Below are positions 24,990-36,340 of a stretch of DNA of 64,000 bases, in pieces. The notes below the pieces were generated by a model. That model did no database searches, was not told where the DNA came from, and worked only from the letters and a program-made list of their open reading frames with translations. The translations under genes were made by a program, and so were the position numbers. This DNA is from Vicugna vicugna (Eukaryota), in the NCBI GenBank assembly GCA_013265495.1, contig MU062841.1, positions 14,813,200-14,877,199 on the forward strand, written 5' to 3'. Within the stretch, counting starts at the first letter, position 1. Each line of letters opens with the position of its first letter.

Positions 24990-25280
24990 CCTGGGTACAT
25001 TTTAGAACAGCCACCATGCTGTGAGAAGCCCAAGCCACATGAAGAGGCCATGAGAAGGCATGACAGTCAATAGCCCCACCTGAGCTCCCCGTGTCAGCTG
25101 CCAGCCACCTGGGTGAGCCCTCCTGGGCACTCAGCACAGAAAACCCCAGCTCCAGCCGCTGACCGCAGTGCCTGAGGGGTGCCCAGTGAGCCCCACTGAG
25201 CGGAGCCCAATCAACCCCCAGAATAAGAATTGTGTCTGAAACCACTGTTTGGGAGACGTGTTTGGGGGGTGCCAGAACAC
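24990..25280 (+). mobile_element. MaLR LTR fragment (MLT1F/G-like)
   Basis: GCCACCATGCTGTGAGAAGCCCAAGCCACATGAAGAGGCC...CTGCCAGCCACCTGGGTGAGCC. Confidence 0.75.
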
Positions 25281-25336
25281 GCATGATGTTCTTTCACTGA
25301 AGGATCTGTTCCCATAATATTAAGTTCCCATGAATA

Positions 25337-25493
25337 GTACTGTAGCTCCTTGCTGCTCAAAGCTTGAGGACCACCTGGAAGCTTGTTACAAATGCAGAAT
25401 TGCATCCCCATCTCAAATTTACTAAGCTGGAGTCTGCACTTTAACAAGAGCCCCTGATGAGTTGAGTGTGCATTAAAGTTTAAGAAGCACTGC
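25337..25493. mobile_element. MER5A-like hAT MITE
   Basis: CTGGAAGCTTGTTACAAATGCAGAATT...CTGCACTTTAACAAG...GCATTAAAGTTTAAGAAGCACTG. Confidence 0.8.
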
Positions 25494-25504
25494 TGAAGCA
25501 AATA

Positions 25505-25872
25505 TTGACTATACTCTGCCCAGCTCCCCTTGGATCCTTAATTGCCCTTGGGTTACTGGAGCTGTTCTGTCTGTACATGCAGGCAGCCAGAAGTGTCTGG
25601 GAGTTCGTGTCCCCTGGGGCAGCCCACACAGTCAGTGACTTAGTAGTATGGCGGTACGAAAGCCTGGCTCTCTGTCCTCAAGGCAGAACAAACTTTAAGG
25701 TGTAATTTCTCCAGAACTGTCCAGGATGGGTCTGAGACTGCAGTCCCGCTTCACCTCCTCCTCTTCCCCGTTCTGATCCCCCCATTCCCTTCCCAATTCC
25801 TCTTAGGAGTGCCTCCTTACTAAGTCTCTTGCACGTGACCCTTCATCTCAGAGTGTGCAACAGATACCTAAC
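25505..25872 (+). mobile_element. ERVL LTR16-like solo LTR
   Basis: CCCTGGGGCAGCCCACACAGTCAGTGACT...AAGCCTGGCTCTCTGTCCTCAAGGCAGAACAAACTTTAAGGTGTAATT...CACGTGACCCTTCATCTCAGAGT. Confidence 0.7.
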
Positions 25873-26094
25873 AGGAGAACATTTCAGCCAGTCAGGACTT
25901 GGCATTGCCCTACCCCATCCCAGACACACAGGTAGTAGATGTTGGCTGACATATTAGAACAGATGGGATCACGTAGGGTAAAATTGGTGGAGGACAAAAG
26001 AAGGCAATGAGTGTAGCCGACTCTTGAAGAACTTTGCTATCAGGGGAACTTAAAAAAAAAAAAAGATACAGGAACTGGAGAGAAATGAAAATTG

Positions 26095-26400
26095 TGTTAA
26101 TTATATTGCTGTACAACCCATAACTTCAAAACTTGGCAACTTAAAACAACAGACATTTATTATCTCACTCGGTTCCCTAGGATCAGGAATTCCTCAGGGT
26201 GGTCCTGGCTCACAGTCTCTCATGAGGTTGCAGCCAAGATGTCAGCCAGGGCTGCATTCTCATCTGAAGGCATGTCTCGGGCTGGAGGACCTGCTTCTAA
26301 GCTCACTCACATGGCCACTGGCTGGAGGTTTCAGTTCCTCCTCTTGGACCTCTCCACAGGGTTGCTTGTGACCTTGCTTCCCCCAGGGTGAGTGCTGAGA
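26095..26400 (-). mobile_element. MaLR LTR (MLT1D/E-like)
   Basis: CAAAACTTGGCAACTTAAAACAACAGACATTTATTATCTCAC...GAGGTTGCAGCCAAGATGTCAGCCAGGGCTGCA. Confidence 0.8.
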
Positions 26401-28189
26401 GAGACAGGTGTCCATACATGTGTAGGCAGGAATCGGGAAGGACACACTGTTAACAGTTGGTAAACATCCTTAACTCTTAGGAGTGGGGTTGAGGAGCGTG
26501 GGACTGTGGGAATAATGGAGACAGACTTCCACTTTGTATGCTTCTGAATTCCTTCTGTCGTTTTATAACATTAAAGGAGAAAGTTTAAATGAATTGCCAA
26601 TAGTTGCTAATGGATAAAGCTAAGTCCACTGCAAATATAACCATGAGAAGAAGAAATGACAAGCATAGAAAACTGAAATGGGGTCATAAAAAAATATAGG
26701 GGTGATAAAAAAAGATGTGGATGATTTCAGAGGCATGTATCTGTCCCAAGTAGAATGTCTGGAAGCACATTGTGAGCTCTGGAATTGCTGCTGACCCCAG
26801 GGCAAATGGGAGTTCCTACCTCCACTAAGAAAGCCCAAAGCATCCTGGGAAACTCCTTTCCCTCTTGTTTGCTCTCCTCATCACAGGGGGACTTCGGCTC
26901 TGACCAGCTCTGCCTGGCCTGCTTTCACCAGCTGCCTGTCTGGGGACTGACTACAGGCTTCCTGGTCTGTAAACCCCTCAGATCCAAACATCTCCTGCTT
27001 CCTGCAGCACGTTTGCCCTGGATGTAGGGTCTCAATTCCTCCAGCAGACGCAACAGCCGAAACAATTCAGCCTCAGGCTTTCGCATCAGCCCCTAAGAGT
27101 CAAGACAGGAAAATGGTTTAGTCTCCGTTCCAGAGATGCACCCGCCCTCTGCAGGTGGCCCTGCCAGAGAAGTAGCCACATTCCATGAGTTCGGGGAGCA
27201 AAGAAGCCCCCTTCAGCCTGACCCCCTCGCCCAGGAGTGTCTGGAGGGGATGCTCAAACAGAGACTGAAAAAGCCTGTGGGGTCGGATTCAGCCTGCTGG
27301 TTTCTGGTGCCCTTAGACAGAGGCAAGAGTGGCCGCTACCCAGGGTCCCTTGACTTAGAGCAGTGCTCTGAGAAGTGTGGTCTGTGGGCCAGTGCCTGGC
27401 CACAAACGGTCTGTTACTGGTTCTTGACGAGTACACACTGAAACCGAGAGCAACTTATGTCTGTGGAATCTTTAAAAATTTATCCTTATATTTTGTGTGG
27501 ATTTTTTAATTTCATTTTTCTAGGGATTTCTTTTTATTGGATTTTTACAAAAGAATTGGTTTGAATTGGACGGGAAAATTAAAAACCGATCCTGAACCAC
27601 AGAAATTTTTCAAAGCCCTGCTTTAGAAGGTCCCGCCCATCACAAATACACAAAAAATAAATCAATTAAGGAGCACTTGGGATCTGGTGCTCAGCACGGG
27701 CACAGCATAGCCTGCAGGTGACAACACCGTTCAGGCCCCAGGAAACACGCGGCCTTGTGCCCTCCTCACAAAAAGCAACCGTGTCTGAATGTCACAGAGG
27801 TTTCTGGGCTGTGCTTCTACTGGCACCGGAGACAGACACTGCTTCAGAGCAAGAGGAGGATTTGAGTGGCAGAAGCACTTAGGTAAGGAAAAAAAAGACA
27901 AATTAATTAACTTGTCAAATCCTTTTTCTCAGGTAGCATGAATACAGTAGCTCCTTGCAGGGTGAAGCACTGTTTCCCCACAGGGCCATATGTCCATTTT
28001 CCGGCTTCTCTTTGTGTTCCAGTTTGTGGTCCAAGGAGTCCTCATGAATTAATGTGGTATTGACAGTTGCACATGGTGGCTGAGGAACATTCTGCACTTC
28101 ATTTTACCTTTAAAACTGCATATATGTTGAGCATAAATGATGCTAGTTCTTCCTATTGCTGCATGAATCTAGATACTACTTCTAGGGTG

Positions 28190-28279
28190 AGGAGGGTATG
28201 TAGCTCAGCGGTAGAGCACGTGCTTAGCATACAAGAGGTCCTGGGTTCAATCCCCAGCACCTCTATTAAAAAAATAAGA
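28190..28279 (+). mobile_element. tRNA-derived SINE, short-tailed copy
   Basis: Close to tRNA-Ala(AGC), but the acceptor and anticodon stems are mismatched. Followed by an A-rich tail. Confidence 0.85.
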
Positions 28280-28294
28280 AGTAGGTATTACTTT

Positions 28295-28998
28295 AAGAGA
28301 TGGTGAAATTTACCATGTGAGAGGTAGAAATTTATGTTGTGAAATTTAAATATTTGGTAATGTCTTCTGCAACAATGATCATTTATCTTACACAACTACA
28401 TCAAAATATTTGAACAGGAAGTGCACGATTCATGGTTCACTTCCAAATTTAAATCTTGTTTTTAAGATTTTGGTGACAATCCCACCAATTACTGGTACAT
28501 TCTCCAAATTGAAATGGATTTTTTAATTATCTAAGAATCACATTGATTTTAAGAAGATAGTCTAATTTGTCATCATTTTCAATAGAATGTAAACTGTGTT
28601 CAATAGAATAAAAAATTTGATTGTAACAACATAAAGAACTTTGAAATAAGGAAAGCAAGAAAAATGAACTTAATGAAAAGATACATAATAATTCATGAGT
28701 TACGTATATCTTGATTTTATTACTTATCTAAATAGCAGCAGCCAATCAACAGAATATCCAAATATGTGCAAAAACAGTTAAATCCCGTCGTCTGTCCTGG
28801 CGTACCAACTTTCATTCGTACAAAAGCACTTTAGGTTGAGTGTTAACGTGTTTCACTTTAACATTTTCTGATCTCATGAAGGTGTAGTTTTCAAGGTAAG
28901 AGAACAGAATCTTCTATCTAATAGTTTGTGGGCTTTGTTTATCATTTTAAATATTTACCCCTATGTTACCTGGGCCTCCATTTTGTATAGAGGCCTGT
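28295..28998 (+). mobile_element. hAT (Tip100/Zaphod-like) DNA transposon fossil with transposase C-terminal dimerisation domain
   Basis: 28443 onward: PNLNLVFKILVTIPPITGTFSKLKWIF*, then frameshift NYLRITLILRR*SNLSSFSIE. This matches the hAT dimerisation pattern FPNL..AL.ILLTIP....ERSFSKLK.IKNYLRSTM..ERL..LA..SIE. Confidence 0.7.
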
Positions 28999-29659
28999 TA
29001 AGAGCTGCCCTTCCTGAGCTAGGCTGGGGCTGCCCAGCTGACTGGAGGTTAGTGAGTTCACGTCACACTTTAATTCACTTGAGAGAGCGGGAGAGAGGGC
29101 ATCCGGTGGATGGAGACGTGACTTGAACACAAACATCAGAGGGACACGTGACTTTTAGATAATAATTATTAGCAATTGATCTCATGCCTCATTTATTCTT
29201 TAACTAGTAGAGATTTTTGCCTGGCTTTGGCTTAAGAAAACCACTGTGGGTGTGACTGACAGCAGGTATCCCTAAGGGCCACCTCCGTGATTCTTCTTTG
29301 GTGGTGTCCCTTCTTTGGTCCCGGAGGGACAGGATCCGAGCCCTTCTGAGAGAGGACCCCTCTGCCCCAGATGGTGACGCCTCCAGATCCTGCTCTGGAA
29401 TCAATGCTGCTGGTCAAGGACAGGAGGAAGGGGGCTTCTCATTGTCTGGAAGAGCCCACCCTGCCCCACACAGAAGGTAGAGACATCCTGCGGCCTGGAA
29501 GATCACCATGTATCCCGGGGCCTCTGGACTGCGGGCACCGCGGGGAAGCATCCTCACTCACACCGCTCCTCGGCTGGGAGGCATTGGCCTTGTTCGCAGG
29601 GTGTGCGCGTGTGTCCACACACAGGCGCTGTGCCCGCGCCCCTGCGATCAATACACACC

Positions 29660-31255
29660 CTTGTACTGGGCTCTGGGGTGATGCTTCCATGTCTCTGGAA
29701 TGAGTTCCCTGGAGTGGGATTGATAGGTCAAAGGGCATATGTATTTTTAATTTTAATGGATTTTTCCAGATTGATTTCCAAAAAGCCTGTAATAATTTAC
29801 ATCTCCACCAGCAATGATTAAGTGCATACGTTTCCCCCCACATGCGATAGGTGTGGAAGACCTTTTTAATCTTGCCAGCCTGAAGGGTGCAAACTCGTAT
29901 CTCATCACCACTTTAATTTACATTCTCCTGAATCCTAATGAATTTAATCATCTTTCCATACTGTTGGAATTTTCTTCTCTGACTTGCCTATTCAGATCAT
30001 TTTATTTCTCCCTCCATTGGGTTGTCTTATCAATTGATAAGGGCTCTTTACATATTATAGCCTTGACTATCAGCGGCATTACAAATTTTTTCCAAATCTC
30101 ATGCTTGCTCTTGACATTCCCTACAGTATCTTTTGCCATAAAGATGCTTTTAAAAATATACATACACAAGAAAAAATACCTATCTTTTTGATCCCCTGGA
30201 TTTCTAGCCTTGGCTGGGAAGGTCTTCTAAACCCTAGTTTATATGAAGGCCTCTTGCCCAAATTTTTATTGAAGTATAACATTCATGTGAAGGTAGTGCA
30301 CATATTTTTGTGGATCCACGAACACACTTGTTTCACAAGTGAACACACTCATGTAACCAGGACCCAGCTCAAGAAACAGAACATCCCCAGCACCCTAGAA
30401 GCTAGCCCCTTCGTGGGTCCTTCCAGTCACTACCCTCCCCAAAGATTAGCCTCTACCTTGACTTCTAATGTCATAGGTTAGCGATGACACTTAATTTCTT
30501 TTCCTTTTTTTTTAAATTGAAGTAGAGTCAGTTTACAATGTTGTGTTAATTTCTGGTGTACAGCATAGTGATTCAGTTATACATATATATATTCCTGTTC
30601 ATATTCTTTTTCATTATAGGCCATTACAAAGTATTGAATATAGTTCCCTGTGCTATACCTTGTTTATCTATTTGATATGAAAGTTTATTTAAACAAAATC
30701 ATCCTTACATACTCTTCTGTGTCTAACTTCCTTAACTCAATATTGTGTTTGCAAGGTTCATTCATGTGGTTCACTCATTTTCATTGCTGGGCAGTATTCC
30801 TTTATATAAACATGCCACACTTTGTCTGTCTGTCTTCCTGTTGATGGACGTTTGGTCCATTTGTTGCTTCCAATTTGGGGCTATTACCAATCGTGCGGCT
30901 ACGAACATTCTTGTACATAATCTGGGTGAATTTGTGTTTGCATTTCTGTTGGATATTTACCCAAGGGTGTAATTTTGGGATCACAGGATATGTGTACGTT
31001 CAGCTTTTGTAGGTATCGTCAGTTTTCCCAAGTGGCTGTAGCAATTAAGAGATGTCTTAGTTACATCCATCCTAACACTCAATATCCATCTTTTTCCTAG
31101 TTTCGCCATTCTGGTGTGTTCATGCTAGTGTTACACTGTGCTTTGTCTTGCCAGATTTTTAACGTTTTCTTTTTTATGTTTTAAGCCCTTAATCCACCTA
31201 GAATTTTATTTTTTGCATATGATAAGATTGGAGTCCACTCTGACTCTATTCCAGA
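29660..31255 (-). mobile_element. Old L1 (L1MB/ME-type) 3' regions
   Basis: GGAGTGGGATTGATAGGTCAAAGGGCATATGTATTTTTAATTT; CATTGCTGGGCAGTATTCC; CCATCTTTTTCCTAGTTTCGCCATTCTGG. Confidence 0.75.
30500..30679 (-). mobile_element. Young L1 3' end nested in an older L1
   Basis: Poly-T then AATTGAAGTAGAGTCAGTTTACAATGTTGTGTTAATTTCTGGTGTACAGC. Confidence 0.85.
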
Positions 31256-31639
31256 CAAAGAGTCAGATGTGCCAGATTAAGTAATTTTTTTTGCCTTGCT
31301 GTATCTTGAAGTTTAAGGAAAAGTTCGCCAGGTGGAGTGAGGTCGGGGAGAGCACTCCAGGCTGATGGAGCTGCATGAGCACAGAGGCACAAAGGGACAC
31401 GATGGGGCTAAAACTGAGTGTGCGGCAGCTGGAGGCACAGAGGGGAGGCAGAGCCAGGTTTGCCGCTCTCCCCGGAGTACGCAGGCACAAGGCTGCTGTT
31501 GAAGGGGGGCACCCAAGGAGGAAGGACCCTCTCTGTTTCTGATGTTTGAGGACCTTGAGATCCTCAGTTTGAAAGGTGTGATTGTCAAAATGTCACTTTT
31601 AGGGGAGTGCCGGCTGAGGTACTTATTAAGACCCATTAC

Positions 31640-31790
31640 ATTTTTTATTTCATTTAATCCTCACAGTGACTTTATTAGGGGGACACTGTTCACGCTGATT
31701 TACAGATGAGGCTGAGAAACATCAAGTGGTTTGCCCTCGTTCACAGCTGGTAAGAGCTGAGACTGGAACCCAGGTCTGTCTCCCTCCTGA
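31640..31790 (+). mobile_element. MIR
   Basis: CATTTAATCCTCACAG...TTTACAGATGAGGCTGAGA...GGAACCCAGGTCTGTCT. Confidence 0.8.
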
Positions 31791-32984
31791 GTTCCTGCTC
31801 TTTCTTCCAGACACACTGTTGACACCACCAGTGGACAGTGAATTGAGCTTCCAGCCACTTTCCAAACAGTGGAGCACGGGATGAAGCAGAGGTTTATGAT
31901 CATTCCTTCAGCCCCTGCAAGCAGACCCCGTTGGTGGCTGTTTTCTCTTCCCCAGTCACACTGAGTGGTTGATTTCCTGGGAAACTGAGTCACTGTTCAG
32001 GCAGCAATGGCTCCTTCAGCGAAAGGCATGCAGAGTGAGCCCGAGGTGACTGCTCGGGGCCGTGGGCAAGTTTCTGTGTCTGTGGAGAGAAGGGAGCAGC
32101 ATCCCGGAGAAGCAGTGCGGTGAGAGAGACGGACAGACAAGGCTGCCTCTCTCCTCGCCCCTTTCCCATTTGACGTTCTGGGTCACAGAAGGTCCAGCTG
32201 CTCTTCTTTTCCCGACTGGGAGAGATCTCTGTGCCCTCCAGTAACTGCCCCGCACCCCCGTCCCCTGCACCGTCTTTGTTCCCCACCCCATTGACAGGAG
32301 CATGCTGGCACTCGCACATCAGACACACGGGCACACACAGGAGACACAGCAGAGCCTACCCCCCACTTAGGGGGAACTGCCTCCTGGACCAGGAGATCCC
32401 AGAGAATCAGTCTAGCTCCAGGGTTTCCAGATTATAACACGTGAATTATTCCGCAGAGGGAAGTCACACAAATAATGAAGCAGTTTCCCACCAAAGGGAA
32501 GATTTTAACTGCTCAAGATAATTGTAGAAAAGCACACTGAAATTATGAAGTGCCATCTCCCGCTATCAGATGGGCAAAGATTTAAAAGTTTGATAATATC
32601 CAGTGTTGGTGGGGGTGTAAAGATACATCATTTGGCAAGGGAAAAAAAAAAAGGATTACAGCTTCCGAGGTAGGTGACTTGGCGGTTGGCAGTGTATGTC
32701 AGAGTGTTCCACACAGCTATCCTTATCCCCAGGGAGCCCACTCATAAAATCCTACATATATAGAGATACATAGATATGGAAATATCACCACACTAAAATA
32801 CTGATTAAGAAGGTTCATTGCAGTATTTGCTTATAATACAGAAAACTGGAAACATCTAAAAAAGTCCATCAGTAGAAAACTGGCCAAATAGGTTAAGGGT
32901 GTCCACACCATGGATTACTACTCAGCCATTTAAAGGGGTGAGGTGGACCTCTGTGGTTCTGTCATGGAAATATGTCCACAATAT

Positions 32985-33128
32985 TTTTTTTTAAGTTTTT
33001 TTGTGAGGGGAGGGAGGTAATTAGGTTTATGTATTTATTTATTTTTAGAGGAGGGACTGGGGATTGAACCCAGGACCTCGTGCATGCTAAGCATCTGCTC
33101 TACCACTTGAGCTGTACGCTCCCCCCCT
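32985..33128 (-). mobile_element. tRNA-derived SINE inserted in the tail of an L1
   Basis: Full family structure on the minus strand. ACAATAT is repeated at 32978-32984 and 33129-33135. Confidence 0.9.
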
Positions 33129-33135
33129 ACAATAT

Positions 33136-33802
33136 GTTTTTTATTGAGTTATCATTGACTTACAGTATTATATAGGTTTCAGGTGTATAACACAGTGGTT
33201 AATGTATAGTTATCGTGAAACGTTATTATAAAAGAGCATAAAATATTGGCTATATTCCTTGTATTGTACGGTATATCCTTGTAGCTTATTTATTTTATAC
33301 ATAGTAGTTTGCACCTCTTAATCCCCTACCCCTTTCTTGCTCCTCCCTCTTCCCTCACACTGCTGGTAGCCACTAGTTTATTCTCTACATCTGTGAGTCT
33401 GCTTCTTTATTGTTATATTCACTAGCTTGTTTTATCTTTTTAGATTCCACATGTAAGTGATAACATACAGTATTCATCTTTCTCTGTTTGACTCATTCCA
33501 CTTAGCATAATACCCTCCAAGTCCATTCATATTGCTGCACGTGGCAAAAGTTCACTCTTTTTTATGGCTGAGTAGTATTCCATTGTGTATATACACACTA
33601 CATCTATATCCAGTCATCTGTTGATGGACACTTACATTGCCTCCTTGTCTCGGCTATTGCAAACAGTGCTGCTGGGAACATCAAGGCGCGTGTATTTTTC
33701 CAAATTATTGTTTTCATTTTCTTCAGATATTATGCAGGAGTGGCATGGCTGGAGTGTTGTAGTTCTATTTTCACTTTTTTGAGGAATTTCCACACTGCTT
33801 TC
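33136..33802 (-). mobile_element. Cetartiodactyl-type L1 3' end (~670 bp)
   Basis: TTTTTATTGAGTTATCATTGACTTACAG...CATTTCTTAGCATAATACCCTCCAAGTCCATT-like...GAGGAATTTCCACACTG. TSD CCACAATAT. Confidence 0.88.
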
Positions 33803-34899
33803 CCACAATATATTTTTTAATTGCAAAAAAGGTGAAGTACAGAAGAGCACGTTCTTTTTACCCATTTGTGCTTTTAAAAACATTTTTGTACATGCCTTGA
33901 AGGTGTCTACGAGGTATAGAAGAAACTGTTACAGTAGGTAGCTCTGGAATTGAAGTGAGGGAGGGGGACGAGAACAGAGACTACGTTTTTTACTTAATAA
34001 CCTTCTGTACTATTTGACATTTTTACAATAAGCATAAAATAAGCATGTATTAACTATATAATAAATTATTTTAACTGAGATTTTTAAAAATGTATATTGG
34101 GATTTCCTGTAAGATTTCACTCAGAAAAAGAAACTCCACCACTAAAAATTTTGAAGAACACAACCCTGTTGTGCAAATTGCCGGGAAAATCTGTGGAAGA
34201 CTTTTTGAAATGGGGAGAAAAGTGCCTATGGAGTCCTGGGCTGGTGTGACCTTCCAGGTCGTCTGACTTTGCCGCAGCCCCTCCGGTAGTGTCTTGTAAG
34301 TTGTAGAAAACTGAAAATAACACAAATGATTCTTGTCTGCAGCAGCAAACGAATTGTGTCCAGTGGAGGTATAATTGATTTCCCTTCACTGGGAAGAAGC
34401 CACTTTTGGATCAATTAACAAATCCACTTCATTATTCCTGATTGCCAATATATGTATCTGGTCTTTGTAACTGTCCTTTGAACCAATTTTTAACACATCA
34501 CTGGTTCCCCCATTAATTAAATAAAATCATTTTATATTTTTATGAGTTACAATTTCTCCATTTCCACAATGATCTTTTAAAAAAGTGAAGACAAGGAGGA
34601 CCAGTTGAGGAAGAGATTTGCCCAGGGTTAGGTGCCTGGGGTTGCAAATACAGTGCCAATCCCCAGCCCTCAAATTTCTTGTCTATTTTACCTACATTAT
34701 CAAGTAACAAGGATTGAAATCTCTCCCAATTTGACTTGAATACTTACTCCATATAGACATGGCGTTAATTTAGAAGTGCTTTCTCACAAGTATATATACA
34801 CACACAGTCACACACGCACGAACACCTTGCTGACATGTACAAACTTCCACACAGAGGAACCCCCGCGACACACACACACACAACTGGAACCCAGGAGCT

Positions 34900-35760
34900 C
34901 TTCTGCAAAGCAGCTGAAGGTTTGGCAGCGGAGCGCTGTCCCCAACCCCAGGCCCAGCCCAGCGGAGGAAAGGGGCCGCACCCCTGCGGAGCCCGGCGCC
35001 GCCCAGGGCGCCAGGCCCCCGAGTCCCGGAGGGGGGGAGTCCAGCGAGGCTGCCCGGAGGCGGTGGCCTCTGCGCGGACGTTTGATAACCCTGGAGCCAG
35101 GACTTCAAGCCCAGACGCATTTGCACGGCGGCCGCTGGACTGAGCAGGGGAGGGGAAAGCCGGGCCTCCAAGCGCGGACCCGCGGAGCCGGTGGCGTTTG
35201 TGTCGCGCGGAAAGAGAAATCCTAGGAGACGAAGAGCCCGCGCCGGGCCTGGGCCTGGCCCGCCAGCCGGGAGCAACGCGGCCCCCGCCCCGCGCCTGCG
35301 GCTCCGGAGGTGGGCTCGCGGCGCCCCCTGCGGGCCCCGGGCCGCTCTCCCTCCGGGCGCGGGCCAGCCGCGGGAGGCCGGCGGGCGCAGGAGGAGCGCC
35401 CCAGCAGGCCGGCCAGGCGGTCCGGTCCTCGGTCCCTTCCAGGCGCCGGGGGCGCTCCTGCGGGTGCGTCTCGGTTCTGTGCATTCCCGAAGGTGTCGCA
35501 TCCACGCATCTCCATCACCGATGGATCCCAACCACGTTCCGCAGATGAGGAAGCCGAGGTTCCAAGACGAAGCCTGATGCATCCACGGACACGAGGGCGA
35601 CTGCTGGGACCCTAAGGCCCCTCCTCACCCGTGCTCGTCTTTCCCCGCCTAGGGACCTCTTCCTTCGCCCTAGAAGGCCTACGTGTGGCCACAGACTCAA
35701 CGGTTTGCGGTACCCTCTCCAGGTTTTCTCAGAGCCAGAGAGGTCGCCGGGAGCACCCTT
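34900..35760. promoter_or_regulatory. Orphan CpG island about 9 kb upstream of ADPGK, with a CTCF-like motif
   Basis: Dense unsuppressed CpG over ~0.8 kb with no recognisable coding exon. GCGCCCCCTGCGGG at 35321-35334 (minus strand CCCGCAGGGGGCGC) fits the CTCF core. Confidence 0.75.
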
Positions 35761-36059
35761 CCTGGAACGGATTGGCAGGACTGCGGTAGGGACCGAAGAG
35801 CGTGTGGAGTGGGGTACCCTGTCTACTGCAAAAGGGAGGCAGATAAACTTTACCAGAGGCAAATCTGAGGCCATCATCTGGAGTGCCCTTGGAGGAAGCG
35901 GTTCCACTTGTCTGACTCAGTCCTAAGAAGACGCTTAAGAAACTCAGCGAATTTCGCTATGAGAATATTCTTCCCTCATCGTTTGTAAAAGCCAGAACTT
36001 GGGAACAGTCTAACTTTCCACCTGTGGGTTAAACAGCTAGTAATCTATGCAGCCATGAA

Positions 36060-36340
36060 AAATCATATTGGGTAAAAAATTAGGGTAATATATCAAAATC
36101 TTCATTATATTGTTCAGAAAAGAAAGTTACAATACAACAATGTAATAATGAAATTCCATTTGGGGGAAGATGCATGTATCTGTGTGCATTACATTAAAAA
36201 GTCTGCAAAGATATACACCCCCAAATTAGCATGGATGGATGGGATTAGGGGTGACTTTGAAAGTACTTGTACCTTTCTGTATTTTCTAAATGAGATACGC
36301 TGACTATGTATTGGTTTTATGATTCATATTTTTAGCAGAA
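36060..36340 (+). mobile_element. L1ME 3' end fragment
   Basis: AAAAAGTCTGCAAAGATATACACC...GATTAGGGGTGACTTT...CTGTATTTTCTAAAT. Confidence 0.6.

Larger units (their letters stand above)
32520..34060 (+). mobile_element. Old L1ME 3' region, host of a nested L1 and SINE
   Basis: CAGATGGGCAAAGATTTAAAAGTTTGATAATATCCAGTGTTGGT...CATGGAAATATGTCCACAATAT. Resumes after 33810 and ends CCTTCTGTACTATTTGACATTTTTACAATAAGCAT. Confidence 0.8.

Noticed and set aside
28194-28265. tRNA-Ala(AGC)-like sequence
   Set aside because: Acceptor stem (GGGTATG/CACCTCT) and anticodon stem have mismatches. It has an A-tail rather than a T-run terminator and seven sibling copies in the window, so it is a SINE, not a tRNA gene.
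34765-35582. Overlapping 246-aa and 270-aa ORFs (and others) in the orphan CpG island
   Set aside because: They occur in several frames on both strands, are rich in P/G/A/R, and end in (GT)n-derived VCVC text. This is typical GC-rich stop-codon depletion, with no recognisable domain.
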